DNA from: a virus
Virus record (IMG/VR): IMGVR_UViG_3300009702_000025
Location: 1,580-65,579 of that record
Length of the DNA stretch: 64,000 nucleotides
Direction: 5' to 3' (one strand)
The notes under the pieces were generated by a model. The model ran no database searches. It saw nothing but the letters and a program-made list of their open reading frames with translations, and had not been told where the DNA came from. Below are positions 29,416 to 38,379 of this stretch, piece by piece. Both the position numbers and the translations under genes were made by a program. The number at the start of each line of letters is the position of its first letter. Positions within the stretch are counted from its first letter, which is position 1.

Positions 29416-29771
29416 AACACATTAAAACACTACTTCCGGGCATCCTAGCAGGACTTACGGTCATGACGATCAACGGTCCGGTGTCTGCCGAACAAATGGT
29501 GATGGTGTGCAAGCAATATCCGGCTTCACAAGTCCAGGTTACTGGAAAACCAACACCAAGCGCTAATACGGTACAATTCCGCAATCCGGTAGTTACGGCA
29601 AGCGACCGAGCACAAGCCAGTAACACCAAGACGTGGCGAGACGATCCAGCGACGACTAAGCAACTGGCATATTTGCGACGATTGCTAAAAGGCCAAGTAC
29701 CAAGCCGCATTCGCACTAAGGGCGAAGCTTCTAATATGATAAAGATACTGCTAGCTGCCAAAAAAGGCTAG
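29412..29771 (+). CDS. Signal-peptide-bearing hypothetical protein with C-terminal ATTKQLAYL..TKGEAS..I motif
   Basis: N-terminal signal ending VSA; small helical C-terminal domain. Confidence 0.65.
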   Translation: MKHIKTLLPGILAGLTVMTINGPVSAEQMVMVCKQYPASQVQVTGKPTPSANTVQFRNPVVTASDRAQASNTKTWRDDPATTKQLAYLRRLLKGQVPSRIRTKGEASNMIKILLAAKKG

Positions 29772-29848
29772 TGTCGCGTTCCTAGCTAGTCGGCGCTTCC
29801 CCGCTTTCCGACTTAGCTAGCCGGGGCGTTCCTAGCGCCCTGCAACTG

Positions 29849-29885
29849 CCCTGCAAGCCCTTAACCGGGTTTGCGGGGTTTTTTT
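29849..29885 (+). terminator. Rho-independent terminator
   Basis: CCCTGCAAGCCC-TTAACC-GGGTTTGCGGGG followed by T7. Confidence 0.8.
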
Positions 29886-30230
29886 GCGTTCTTAGTCCAT
29901 AAGCGGGCAGGGAACAAATCGTGAACGAGGCTAAAGGGGAACAAAACTAGAACAAAGAGGGATATTCGGTCTGATGGTGACAACGCTACAAACACAACCA
30001 GCGCACTGCAAGTCATACTTGGGGCCCCCCTTCCCTTCGGTAAGGTCATTACATTGCGGCCTACCCCTTTTTGTACCATAAAAGTTCGTAAGTGGCAATG
30101 CATAAGTCAACTAGTGTGTCGCCTGTTAGTCTGACAATGTTTTGGTGAGAAGTCCAAAACTTTCTGAAACTAGGTCATAAACCGAAAGCACTATTAACTA
30201 AGATCGTTTGACTCCCATACCCCTATCTAA

Positions 30231-30580
30231 CCCATTGATATCATTGAACAAATGATTTATACTCAACCTGACAACATGGTTTCTTAGGGTTTCTTTAGGG
30301 TTTCTCACCACTAAATTGTCCAGAAATATCAATGGCTTAAGGGGTTTTTAGGGTTTTTAGGGTTTTTTTGAAAAGAGTGTTTAGCGGTTCTCTATTATTG
30401 CCACTATATAACTTTTGTGTTATACTTAACATTAGTAACACAAGTATTAGATTGGGTCTCTTTTCTTCTTACTCCAAACCTTTTGAAGAAAAAAACCCTA
30501 GAAACCCTATAAACCCTAAACAGCATTGAAATCATTGACAAATCTACTGAGGGTTTCCCCTAACACAAACCCTAAAATTT
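30231..30580. repeat. Converging arrays of (T)AGGGTTT / AAACCCTA repeats in a 1.2 kb non-coding region; replication origin candidate
   Basis: About five forward copies at 30285-30365 and four inverted copies at 30493-30575; flanking CATTGAWATCATTGA copies. Confidence 0.6.
30398..30426 (+). promoter_or_regulatory. Promoter with ACTTTTGTGT element
   Basis: TTGCCA-17-TATACT. Confidence 0.6.
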
Positions 30581-30938
30581 GACAGAAACCCCATATAATC
30601 CCGTAAGTGCTGCGTGTGTTAGCGCACAACCGGCACAACACAACACCACTAACACCCACAACACCAGTGTTGAAACACAAAGGTTAGAACACCGCGCTAA
30701 CACATGTGTTAATGCCATGTAACTACGCCCTATTGCCATGCAAACCCCGTGAACATTAAGGGAACACGACCATATACCCCAAAGGCGGGTACATTGCCAA
30801 CCTACCACGAAATGAAATAAGTGGCACCCCACTAGTCCAGAAACAAATTAAAATTAGTAACGTCCCTACCCTCTCACGCTACACTATCCCACTACTAAAG
30901 TCAATAGCAAAGTACCCAAAGAAATGTGCAAACTAGTG

Positions 30939-30967
30939 TTGACATACCTATGCTCATTTGCTATTCT
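30939..30967 (+). promoter_or_regulatory. Early promoter
   Basis: TTGACA-17-TATTCT followed by CTAATCATCGGAA. Confidence 0.7.
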
Positions 30968-31019
30968 CTAATCATCGGAACAACGAAACCGCGAAACACA
31001 AAGTAGATAGGGTATAACT

Positions 31020-31322
31020 ATGAGTAAGATTTACCGCTCAGGTAAAGTCATACATAGATCAAAGAACCTGCGGGGAATACGTACTCATGCCGCTGAGTAC
31101 AAAGTAACTAGTGCCTACTTGAAACAAACCGCCCCGTTGCACGACGCACAACCTTACACATTGAGGGTATTTTTTAGCAACGGAGACGAAGGTATATCAT
31201 TATTCAGTGACCCTATAGTTGCCGCTAGGTTCTTGAACACTTGCCGGTCATGGGGTCGTAACTTACCCGTAAGTGGGGAAAACAAGTTCTTAAAAGAATA
31301 CGCCAAAGGAACAACTTTGTGA
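31020..31322 (+). CDS. Hypothetical protein (100 aa)
   Basis: First ORF after the promoter. Confidence 0.7.
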   Translation: MSKIYRSGKVIHRSKNLRGIRTHAAEYKVTSAYLKQTAPLHDAQPYTLRVFFSNGDEGISLFSDPIVAARFLNTCRSWGRNLPVSGENKFLKEYAKGTTL

Positions 31323-31415
31323 GCCCAAGGTCACGGGTACGCCAAGACTAGTGCTAGGACTAGTGCTAGTGAATAAGAGTAGGTAATAAGACATAACCAA
31401 AAGGATAGTGTCATA

Positions 31416-31628
31416 ATGAATATTGCAAGCAAGCGCTTCTCTATTAAAACAATGTCACCAACTACTGTAGTTATTCGTGACCGTAACGCACCATATCACT
31501 GTCACGTAATAGGTGCGTACAAAGTACCAACTTTGAATGAACTAACATACATGACTGAAGCACAATTCGACAAGTTCATGTCAGAACTAGTTTACTCGCC
31601 TGAAACATACAAAGGAGTAATATCATGA
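31416..31628 (+). CDS. Hypothetical protein (70 aa)
   Basis: AAGGA RBS. Confidence 0.65.
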   Translation: MNIASKRFSIKTMSPTTVVIRDRNAPYHCHVIGAYKVPTLNELTYMTEAQFDKFMSELVYSPETYKGVIS

Positions 31629-31930
31629 TTAACAGTCTCACGTTTGAAGGTAACGACTGGTTTCTATCTAAGGATGAAATTGACCCGACCTTACTACAAG
31701 ATTTGATTGATTGCGGTGCATCGGGGCCGGCAGATGAGGCTGTTGCCTATGTCATGAATACATGGGAAGTAACTGGCGATCCAATTGATTGCAAGGCCCT
31801 ACTCAAGGGCCAAGGCGCATGGAAGGATAATGAGCTAGATGACCACGACGAAAACTTGAAGCGCCTAGTATGGCTCACGGGTTGTGCTTTGCGTGAACTT
31901 GAAGGTAAGGCTTACTTCTCAATCTACTAA
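31625..31930 (+). CDS. Hypothetical acidic protein (101 aa)
   Basis: AGGAG RBS, ATGA overlap. Confidence 0.7.
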   Translation: MINSLTFEGNDWFLSKDEIDPTLLQDLIDCGASGPADEAVAYVMNTWEVTGDPIDCKALLKGQGAWKDNELDDHDENLKRLVWLTGCALRELEGKAYFSIY

Positions 31931-32012
31931 TCAACGTAACCGCTGACGACATAGGAGAATGTCATGCGAGACCATACGCCCGAATTTGATAGTGAAGTAG
32001 GGGAGTAATATC

Positions 32013-32222
32013 ATGAGAATAAATGTGCACCATGGCCCTAGGCGAGACGCTAACGGAGATATTCAGCAGCCTAAACAATGGATCGTTGAATTTGAAAACG
32101 CCGAAACTCACAGTATAGTTGCAGGCTACTCATTCGATGATGAGAACACTGCGCGTATATTCGCTAATGGTGCAGGGCAAATGGCGACTGAGATTATCGC
32201 TAACTTCGGAAATGCAGTGTAA
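32013..32222 (+). CDS. Hypothetical protein (69 aa)
   Basis: GGGAG RBS. Confidence 0.65.
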   Translation: MRINVHHGPRRDANGDIQQPKQWIVEFENAETHSIVAGYSFDDENTARIFANGAGQMATEIIANFGNAV

Positions 32223-32264
32223 GACGCTGCCCTGATCGCGAACGATAGAACGGGGAAAACTACA

Positions 32265-32525
32265 ATGAAGTCGGAAATGAAAGTCTACAAAGTGCCATTC
32301 ACATGTCGCACTGGCGATGATGGTATGAACTACTCGCAAGCAACCAACAAGGGCTATGTAATGATTGAGGCTAGTAATGAAGCCAAGGCGAAAGAAGCTG
32401 CAATTACCAAAGTCTACACAAAACAACGGGACGCTTCACACGTCAAACCGGGCACGCCAAACGAACTCACGGGCAAAATTGGAAGTCGAGACTTCCACAT
32501 CTACAAGCTCACCGACGTACCCTAA
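32265..32525 (+). CDS. Hypothetical protein (86 aa)
   Basis: GGGG RBS; ORF track. Confidence 0.6.
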   Translation: MKSEMKVYKVPFTCRTGDDGMNYSQATNKGYVMIEASNEAKAKEAAITKVYTKQRDASHVKPGTPNELTGKIGSRDFHIYKLTDVP

Positions 32526-32541
32526 AGACTGGAACGGCTTC

Positions 32542-32691
32542 ATGAGAATATGTGATAAGTGCGCAAAGCGCAAAGGAGGGAACTGGCCAAAGGGCCAATT
32601 TGCAGGACCGAACTGGAATGAGTGCGATCATTGCGGACGAACCGCTGCACTTTCAATGGCAATGGATTGGCTTTGGTGGGAAAAACAATGA
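32542..32691 (+). CDS. Small Zn-finger-like protein (CDKC...CDHC)
   Basis: ATG 32542 within a track ORF; two CxxC pairs. Confidence 0.55.
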   Translation: MRICDKCAKRKGGNWPKGQFAGPNWNECDHCGRTAALSMAMDWLWWEKQ

Positions 32692-33050
32692 CTTATTCAA
32701 GAACAGACACAGACACGGGCACGCACACATACACACGTCAAGACTATCTCGACGAGAAATGCACACACAGTGAATACTACTCGCAGTTCGTAAGTACTTG
32801 GTGCAAGCAATACGTTGCTGAGCAGATCGGAAAGGATAAGTTAGTTTCTAATATTGATCCTCATATGAATGACATCCCAGCGTGCAAGTGGGATGCTCTA
32901 CATTGGGAAATCGCACTTGATCCTCACGTATCCGAAACACTTCGTAGGGTACAAGATACTGACGGACTTACAATGAGTAATACAGTTTGTATTGCCAAAG
33001 AAGCTGCACGACATTGGCTTTACGAAAGACAACTCTGTGAAAACGACTAA
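32688..33050 (+). CDS. Hypothetical protein
   Basis: ATGA overlap start at 32688; TRQDYL..KCTHSEYYSQFV. Confidence 0.65.
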   Translation: MTYSRTDTDTGTHTYTRQDYLDEKCTHSEYYSQFVSTWCKQYVAEQIGKDKLVSNIDPHMNDIPACKWDALHWEIALDPHVSETLRRVQDTDGLTMSNTVCIAKEAARHWLYERQLCEND

Positions 33051-33087
33051 CGAGTAAGCTATAAAATTAAGCCAAAGGAGGCCACCC

Positions 33088-33480
33088 ATGACCGACAAAC
33101 AAGGAGAGACCTTTATGGAACATCTCACTATTGCAGCACTTTACAGCGACACCCCATACAAAGCGGCATCCACCATTGCCGATCTGGCTGAACTTCTACC
33201 AGACGCTCATGCTCGCGAATTAGCTACCGACGTAATCGCGCTAGCCGATGAATGGCTCATACTTTCGGAAGTCCGCAGGAGCGACCTGCGCCCAGGCGCA
33301 ACCTTCGATTCACTGATAACAATTGGTATTCGTAGCTACATTCACGACATCGCGGTAAAGGGTCAGCGTTGCAATCAACAGCACGTAGCCGAGCGGGGCC
33401 GCTCTGGCCTATACGCCGCCCTATCGGATATTCACAGAGCGCTCGATGAGATTAAGGCCCAAGACAAAACCATCAACTAA
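33088..33480 (+). CDS. Hypothetical protein (130 aa)
   Basis: AGGAGG RBS. Confidence 0.7.
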   Translation: MTDKQGETFMEHLTIAALYSDTPYKAASTIADLAELLPDAHARELATDVIALADEWLILSEVRRSDLRPGATFDSLITIGIRSYIHDIAVKGQRCNQQHVAERGRSGLYAALSDIHRALDEIKAQDKTIN

Positions 33481-33494
33481 GGGACATTGGTTGA

Positions 33495-33689
33495 ATGCCG
33501 TGGCGAAAAAGAGAAACCATTGCCCGCGTTGGCCCGATCGAAGTGACCGGCGTCAAGCGGACCAAAAACCCGCTAGACCCGGATGGTTCCGCGAAACGGG
33601 CAATTCGTCGTTTTCAGATCATAATGATCCGGGCACTCCGATTGCGTGAACTGCATGGTGCGCTCGCTCGCATCTTGAAACGGCGCTAA
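33495..33689 (+). CDS. Hypothetical basic protein (64 aa)
   Basis: AGGGA RBS; followed by hairpin CACCGC..GCGGTG and T-run. Confidence 0.45.
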   Translation: MPWRKRETIARVGPIEVTGVKRTKNPLDPDGSAKRAIRRFQIIMIRALRLRELHGALARILKRR

Positions 33690-33751
33690 ACTTGTGAACA
33701 AGGACACCGCATTACGCGGTGCCCTTTTCTGTATCAACTAAGGGACCGATC

Positions 33752-33937
33752 ATGAGCAACGCCGAGCGTATGCGCGATTTTCGAAACATCTTTGGCCTCA
33801 ACACTAAGGCGGCTGGGCGCGTCCTCGGGCTGTCCTCTCGTACAATCGAGGACATCGAGCAAGGGCGGCGGTGCGTTGGCGACCGAGTGCTAGAGCTGGC
33901 TCTAAAAAACATAAAAAAAAGTGATGTTGAGGGTTGA
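33752..33937 (+). CDS. XRE-family helix-turn-helix protein
   Basis: MRDFRNIFGLNTKAAGRVLGLSSRTIEDIEQGRR, a classic XRE HTH pattern. Confidence 0.8.
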   Translation: MSNAERMRDFRNIFGLNTKAAGRVLGLSSRTIEDIEQGRRCVGDRVLELALKNIKKSDVEG

Positions 33938-33962
33938 CGTGATACGGCATTTGCCGTATATA
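33934..33962 (+). promoter_or_regulatory. Promoter with palindromic operator in the spacer
   Basis: TTGACG-17-TATATA; ATACGGC-ATTT-GCCGTAT at 33942-33959. Confidence 0.7.
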
Positions 33963-33990
33963 TAAACTATCAGCAACACGGAGACAGCCA

Positions 33991-34161
33991 ATGACCGCCC
34001 ATGACAAAATGCGCATTAAGATTGCCGGAATCAGCACAGCGCAACTTAAGGAAATTGCGGCCCATCAAAGCACACCAATAGAAGCATTTCACTTGGTGCT
34101 GCAAGAATTAGAAAATCGCATGTCGTCAAAAGAATACATCCAATTTTGCGATGCCATCTAA
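33991..34161 (+). CDS. Hypothetical protein (56 aa, not in the track)
   Basis: GGAG RBS; MTAHDKMRIKIAGISTAQLKEIAAHQSTPIEAFHLVLQELENRMSSKEYIQFCDAI*. Confidence 0.65.
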   Translation: MTAHDKMRIKIAGISTAQLKEIAAHQSTPIEAFHLVLQELENRMSSKEYIQFCDAI

Positions 34162-34333
34162 GACTCAACAGCAAACTCTGGCGGCGATGGAGGCCGCCGG
34201 AGCCCGCAGTGATCGGAAGGCGTTTTTTCGGCTATACGTCGAGAATCGTGTCTGCCGCCAAGCATCTGATGAGGCTTGGCGTCGCGGTCAGAGGCTAAAG
34301 AGATTTATAGATGATCGCGACAACATCAAATAG
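34151..34333 (+). CDS. Hypothetical protein (60 aa)
   Basis: Overlaps the previous stop; ORF track. Confidence 0.55.
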   Translation: MPSKTQQQTLAAMEAAGARSDRKAFFRLYVENRVCRQASDEAWRRGQRLKRFIDDRDNIK

Positions 34334-34449
34334 GGACGATTAAGAACGTCACCCATTTTGCGTCAGTGACTTAGCTGCTGATAATCAAGCCAAAGGAAAC
34401 TAGAGCCTTGGCAACTTGTGGAAGACTTACACAAACGGATGTAAACAAC

Positions 34450-34665
34450 ATGTACCAGTATAATAAGTTCTATATTGATATGCCAGACCATATCAATTAC
34501 ACAGAAGTTTGGAGCGTAAACAGCGAACCTTTGTGTATTGCTATACACTACAAGGGCAATAAGGAAAACGTTACTTACGACGGTAGTACTTGTATGTCTT
34601 ACGTGAACGAATTGGAACGTGAACTTTATAAGAAGCTAGCAAGAGAATTTGGACTTAGCAGTTGA
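34450..34665 (+). CDS. Hypothetical protein
   Basis: ATG 34450 within a track ORF. Confidence 0.55.
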   Translation: MYQYNKFYIDMPDHINYTEVWSVNSEPLCIAIHYKGNKENVTYDGSTCMSYVNELERELYKKLAREFGLSS

Positions 34666-34690
34666 CGAAGTACTAACGAGCTGATATAGT
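34662..34690 (+). promoter_or_regulatory. Sigma70-like promoter
   Basis: TTGACG-17-TATAGT. Confidence 0.65.
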
Positions 34691-34723
34691 ACTTACACAG
34701 TCAAGAGACGCGAAGGTGTAGAT

Positions 34724-35563
34724 ATGACAACGAAACAGGAAAACAGGGATAAGATCACGGCCCGTATTCGTGCACTTCTCTCTAAGACACAAGACAATGG
34801 TGCAACTGAAGCTGAGGCTATGGCTGCTGCAGAAGCCGCCAACAAACTGATGGTCCAGTACGGTATTGAGACTATTGAGACTGAGGAGGATTTAGATGAA
34901 GAACGGTACGGCACGCGAAAGCGCCCGTTCGCTAAGGGAAGCGCGCGCCGCCGCACACGCCATCCTGTCCAGTTCACACACAATGCGATCATGCTCTACA
35001 CAAGTACCAAGTGTTGGTACGAACATGACGGTATGCTCAGCTTTTTTGGAACCAAAAGCGATACTGAGTTCGCACACTACTTGTCGGAAAGTATTGCGAA
35101 CGCGATGGATGCCGAATGGAACACGCAAAAGGACGAACTGATAAGTCAAGCTAATACTTATGGCCAGAAAGTCCACGGAAACACACTCCGAGCATCCTTC
35201 ATGCGTGGCATGGCCTCACGAGTTTCAGATCGCCTTTATAAAATGAGCCATAAGCGTAATAAAGAAATGCACAACGCACGTGAGAAGCAAATTAGAGAGC
35301 AAAAGGTGGCTATTGCAGATGCACATGCACGTGATGAACCTACCCCGAACTTGCCTGCACTTATCAGCGGAACTGCACTTGTTCATGCTAAACGTAAGAG
35401 AACTGAAGCCGAATTTAATGAGACGGGTGTTAGGTTGAGTTATAGCGGAAGAAGCCGATACTCATCTCATAAAGGTGCCTACAAGTCAGGTCAGCGTAGC
35501 GGCAATAACGTGTCGCTCAACCGACCAATCAATGGAAACTCAACCGCAGGACTTTTGAACTAA
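34724..35563 (+). CDS. DUF2786-domain protein
   Basis: KITARIRALLSKTQDNGATEAEAMAAAEAANKLMVQYGI N-terminus; SFMRG and AYKSGQRSGNNVSLNRPI C-terminus. Confidence 0.85.
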   Translation: MTTKQENRDKITARIRALLSKTQDNGATEAEAMAAAEAANKLMVQYGIETIETEEDLDEERYGTRKRPFAKGSARRRTRHPVQFTHNAIMLYTSTKCWYEHDGMLSFFGTKSDTEFAHYLSESIANAMDAEWNTQKDELISQANTYGQKVHGNTLRASFMRGMASRVSDRLYKMSHKRNKEMHNAREKQIREQKVAIADAHARDEPTPNLPALISGTALVHAKRKRTEAEFNETGVRLSYSGRSRYSSHKGAYKSGQRSGNNVSLNRPINGNSTAGLLN

Positions 35564-35982
35564 GGAAAGGAAAGAAAAATGTTATCAGTAAAGTACGCTC
35601 GGATGGTTAGTCAGCACTTGAAGCCGTAGAGCAAGCGATAGATGCGATAAATGATGCGCTTTCGCAACTGTCCGACGCAATGGAGTGAACAGTTAAGGCT
35701 TAGCTAGCGTGTTGCAATGTAGCAACATTTTGCAAGGAAATGCTCAGGTCTATTCTAAATCGTTGATATACAACGTAAATTACATGTGGATTTATGTAAT
35801 GTTACTTCTCGTAATGCTTGACAGAGAGTTAAGGGTTGTATACGGTACTTTCACAGTGGAGGCGGCTGGTGCGGGACTATCCCTTACAATAACGCATTTC
35901 GAATTAGACCTTACGCAAGTGAGTTCTTGTTCAAGAGCGACTAGCTATGCCTTCCTTAGCGATCTACTTGAGGAGGTACAAG

Positions 35983-36435
35983 ATGATCGAGTACTTGCTA
36001 GGTATTAGCCCAGCACTACAATTGACAATTGCTAAACTGGCTATTGTTGCGGTTTGTGCAATGATGTTTCATGCGTATATCGCACGCGGACGACCGTTCA
36101 TTAGTGTGTTCTTCGGGTGTGTGGCCATACAAGAGGGCTGGTGGTTCACTTTCTGGATGCTCTACTACAATAAGAGCATGGCACACGCTAAACAGTTGGA
36201 AACATGGGCACCAAGCATACTGCCTACAGTGCTGTTTATTGGCATCATTTGCTTGCTAACAGACTTCTTCCAGCAGCGTTCCAGTACTGACAAGGTTGCA
36301 TCTCTGTTCAACGGCATTATATCGGCTTGCTTGGTCTGGACTATAGCTATTGGCGCTACGGTTCTATTCAGAAACCATGGTTCACAATTCGCTAATTTGC
36401 TCAATTTAGCCAAAGCAAGCATAACGCCAAACTGA
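35983..36435 (+). CDS. Multi-pass membrane protein
   Basis: GAGGAGG RBS before ATG 35983; four hydrophobic segments. Confidence 0.7.
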   Translation: MIEYLLGISPALQLTIAKLAIVAVCAMMFHAYIARGRPFISVFFGCVAIQEGWWFTFWMLYYNKSMAHAKQLETWAPSILPTVLFIGIICLLTDFFQQRSSTDKVASLFNGIISACLVWTIAIGATVLFRNHGSQFANLLNLAKASITPN

Positions 36436-36534
36436 TTGGGTCTACTAACTTACCCCGCTAACTAACCAACTGATTGAAGTAAGTACCGTCAAACATCACT
36501 AAGCCGGGGAGACGCAGAAAAAGGAGTAAAAAGT

Positions 36535-37428
36535 ATGTTCTACTATTCGAAGGAGCCAATCACTATCGATCAAGCAATCGAAATGGCACCTTGTCTTACC
36601 GCAACACCACACACAACACGATCTGATAGATATCAACATGTTCCAACAACTGACGTATTAAGTGCACTCATGAGAGAGGGCTTCAAGATACACGGTCTTA
36701 CGGCGGCCAACCCTCGCCAAAAGGATCGCGTCGGTTTCCAGAAGCACTTGTTGCGGCTGAGACGACCAAGTGATAACTGGGACAAGAAACGTGCGCCAGA
36801 GTTACTTCTGATTAACTCACATGACGGCTCATGCTCATATCAGTTGATGGGAGGCATTATTGAGTTTGTATGTTCTAATGGTCTCATCCTTGGCGACAAC
36901 TGGACTTCCGTTCGCATTCGCCACAAGGGACTACACCCTATCGACCAAGTGATTGATGCGTCCTATAAGGTTGTCAAGGAATTTGACTACGTGCAAGATG
37001 CGGTGGCGCACATGCAAGAAACGAAATTGGATACCGACGCGCAACTGAAATTTGCAGAAGCCGCGCTCATCACGCGGTATGGAACTGACAAAGACAAAAT
37101 CCCGGTTGAACCGGATGCGATCAACCACGCACGTCGTAATGAAGACCGCAACAACTCTCTTTGGGCTACATACAATCGCGTACAAGAGAACATGATCCGT
37201 GGCGGCCTATCTGGTGAGATCACAGCAACGAATGGTAAACGGAGAAAAACAAAGCTCCGTGAAGTGAAAGGGATTGACCAGAGTATTCGGCTCAACCAAT
37301 CCCTTTTCACCCTAGCTGAGAAGTACGCTGATTTAGCTAGCGCGAACGACGACCGTATTGCGAAGCCATCCGTTCTTGCTAACCTTATTAACCCCAATAT
37401 GGGCCAGCAAGTCGCCGTCGCGGCCTGA
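36535..37428 (+). CDS. DUF932/DUF945 family protein
   Basis: RSDRYQHVPT, FQKHLLRLRR, ELLLINSHDGSCSYQLMGG..FVCSNGL, LWATYNRVQENMIRGG. Confidence 0.85.
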   Translation: MFYYSKEPITIDQAIEMAPCLTATPHTTRSDRYQHVPTTDVLSALMREGFKIHGLTAANPRQKDRVGFQKHLLRLRRPSDNWDKKRAPELLLINSHDGSCSYQLMGGIIEFVCSNGLILGDNWTSVRIRHKGLHPIDQVIDASYKVVKEFDYVQDAVAHMQETKLDTDAQLKFAEAALITRYGTDKDKIPVEPDAINHARRNEDRNNSLWATYNRVQENMIRGGLSGEITATNGKRRKTKLREVKGIDQSIRLNQSLFTLAEKYADLASANDDRIAKPSVLANLINPNMGQQVAVAA

Positions 37429-37456
37429 CACTCAATTAGCCCTACTACGCAGCTAG

Positions 37457-37499
37457 GGCGGGGACCGGGTTAGTTTATACTCAATTACCGGTCCCCGCC
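37457..37499 (+). terminator. GC-rich hairpin after the DUF932 gene
   Basis: GGCGGGGACCGG...CCGGTCCCCGCC 12-bp stem. Confidence 0.6.
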
Positions 37500-37668
37500 G
37501 ACTTAGGGTGGCACACTATGCCTGACAGAGAGACATGCGTATGCTATGCTATGCTATCACACCAACATGGATTACAAAATGGCAAAGTTAAAAACGTTTT
37601 ATCTGCTATCTAGCGTCTGGCTTTTAGTAGGTTTTATCACCTTGATACTATTGGGCGTCATTAAGTAG

Positions 37669-37697
37669 TAGACATTTTCAGACCTTTGTGTTAGGTT
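37669..37697 (+). promoter_or_regulatory. Promoter with GACCTTTGTGT element
   Basis: TAGACA-17-TAGGTT. Confidence 0.55.
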
Positions 37698-37772
37698 ATG
37701 AACATAGACTTCACAGAGTTATACAACGAAAGCGGAGTAGAAAAATTGTCTATGACCTACCAGTTTTAGGAA

Positions 37773-38060
37773 TTGAAAGTACCCGAAGGACTAGGCTTCC
37801 TGATAGATGGCGAGACTCTGTATAACGGGGAAGCCGACGTTGAGATAGAGGTTCCAGCTACAGTTGACTATGAAGCATATGGATCAACTTACGTTCCACG
37901 TCGTGGTGGAGCGGAATGGTACATTACAGAAATCCGCGTCCAAGATGAAAACGGCACATGTCATACTCTAGCATTAACGGCTAAAGATAGAGCGCTCCGT
38001 GCTTTGTACGATGGACACGGTGACAACATAGATTATGAGGTTATACACCTTGAGCATTGA
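37773..38060 (+). CDS. Hypothetical protein (95 aa)
   Basis: AGGA RBS with TTG start. Confidence 0.55.
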   Translation: MKVPEGLGFLIDGETLYNGEADVEIEVPATVDYEAYGSTYVPRRGGAEWYITEIRVQDENGTCHTLALTAKDRALRALYDGHGDNIDYEVIHLEH

Positions 38061-38301
38061 ACCTGAAACACAAGCCGATTTAGACAAGATGAATAAGGGG
38101 TTAACTCTATTCATTAAACAGGGAGCATACAGTTGCGTGATTGCTGCTGTTTTACTTTCCTACATCATGGTCCTATCGTTAGTGTTCCAATTCGATGTGA
38201 ACTGGTTAGGAGGGTACTTGGCATTTCTAGTTGCTATGTCGAATATTCTCGTGACCATACTTCAATTCCGCTCTACTGAAGAGGATAAAGACGAAGAGTA
38301 A
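38035..38301 (+). CDS. Small two-TM membrane protein
   Basis: Two hydrophobic segments and an acidic C-terminus; start uncertain. Confidence 0.55.
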   Translation: MRLYTLSIEPETQADLDKMNKGLTLFIKQGAYSCVIAAVLLSYIMVLSLVFQFDVNWLGGYLAFLVAMSNILVTILQFRSTEEDKDEE

Positions 38302-38379
38302 CGACTTCCGCGAAACTGGTCTTTATGATACACCAGTTTGATATTGACGAGGGCCTTTGCGTTCTAGGGGGAAAACAGT

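Noticed and set aside
30280-30580. Plant telomere (TTTAGGG) contamination
   Set aside because: Copies are imperfect, irregularly spaced, in both orientations and continuous with phage promoters
35564-35700. Possible gene remnant after the DUF2786 gene (ALEAVEQAIDAINDALSQLSDAME)
   Set aside because: The ATG frame stops after 16 codons and the helical frame has no start; too short to support a pseudogene call
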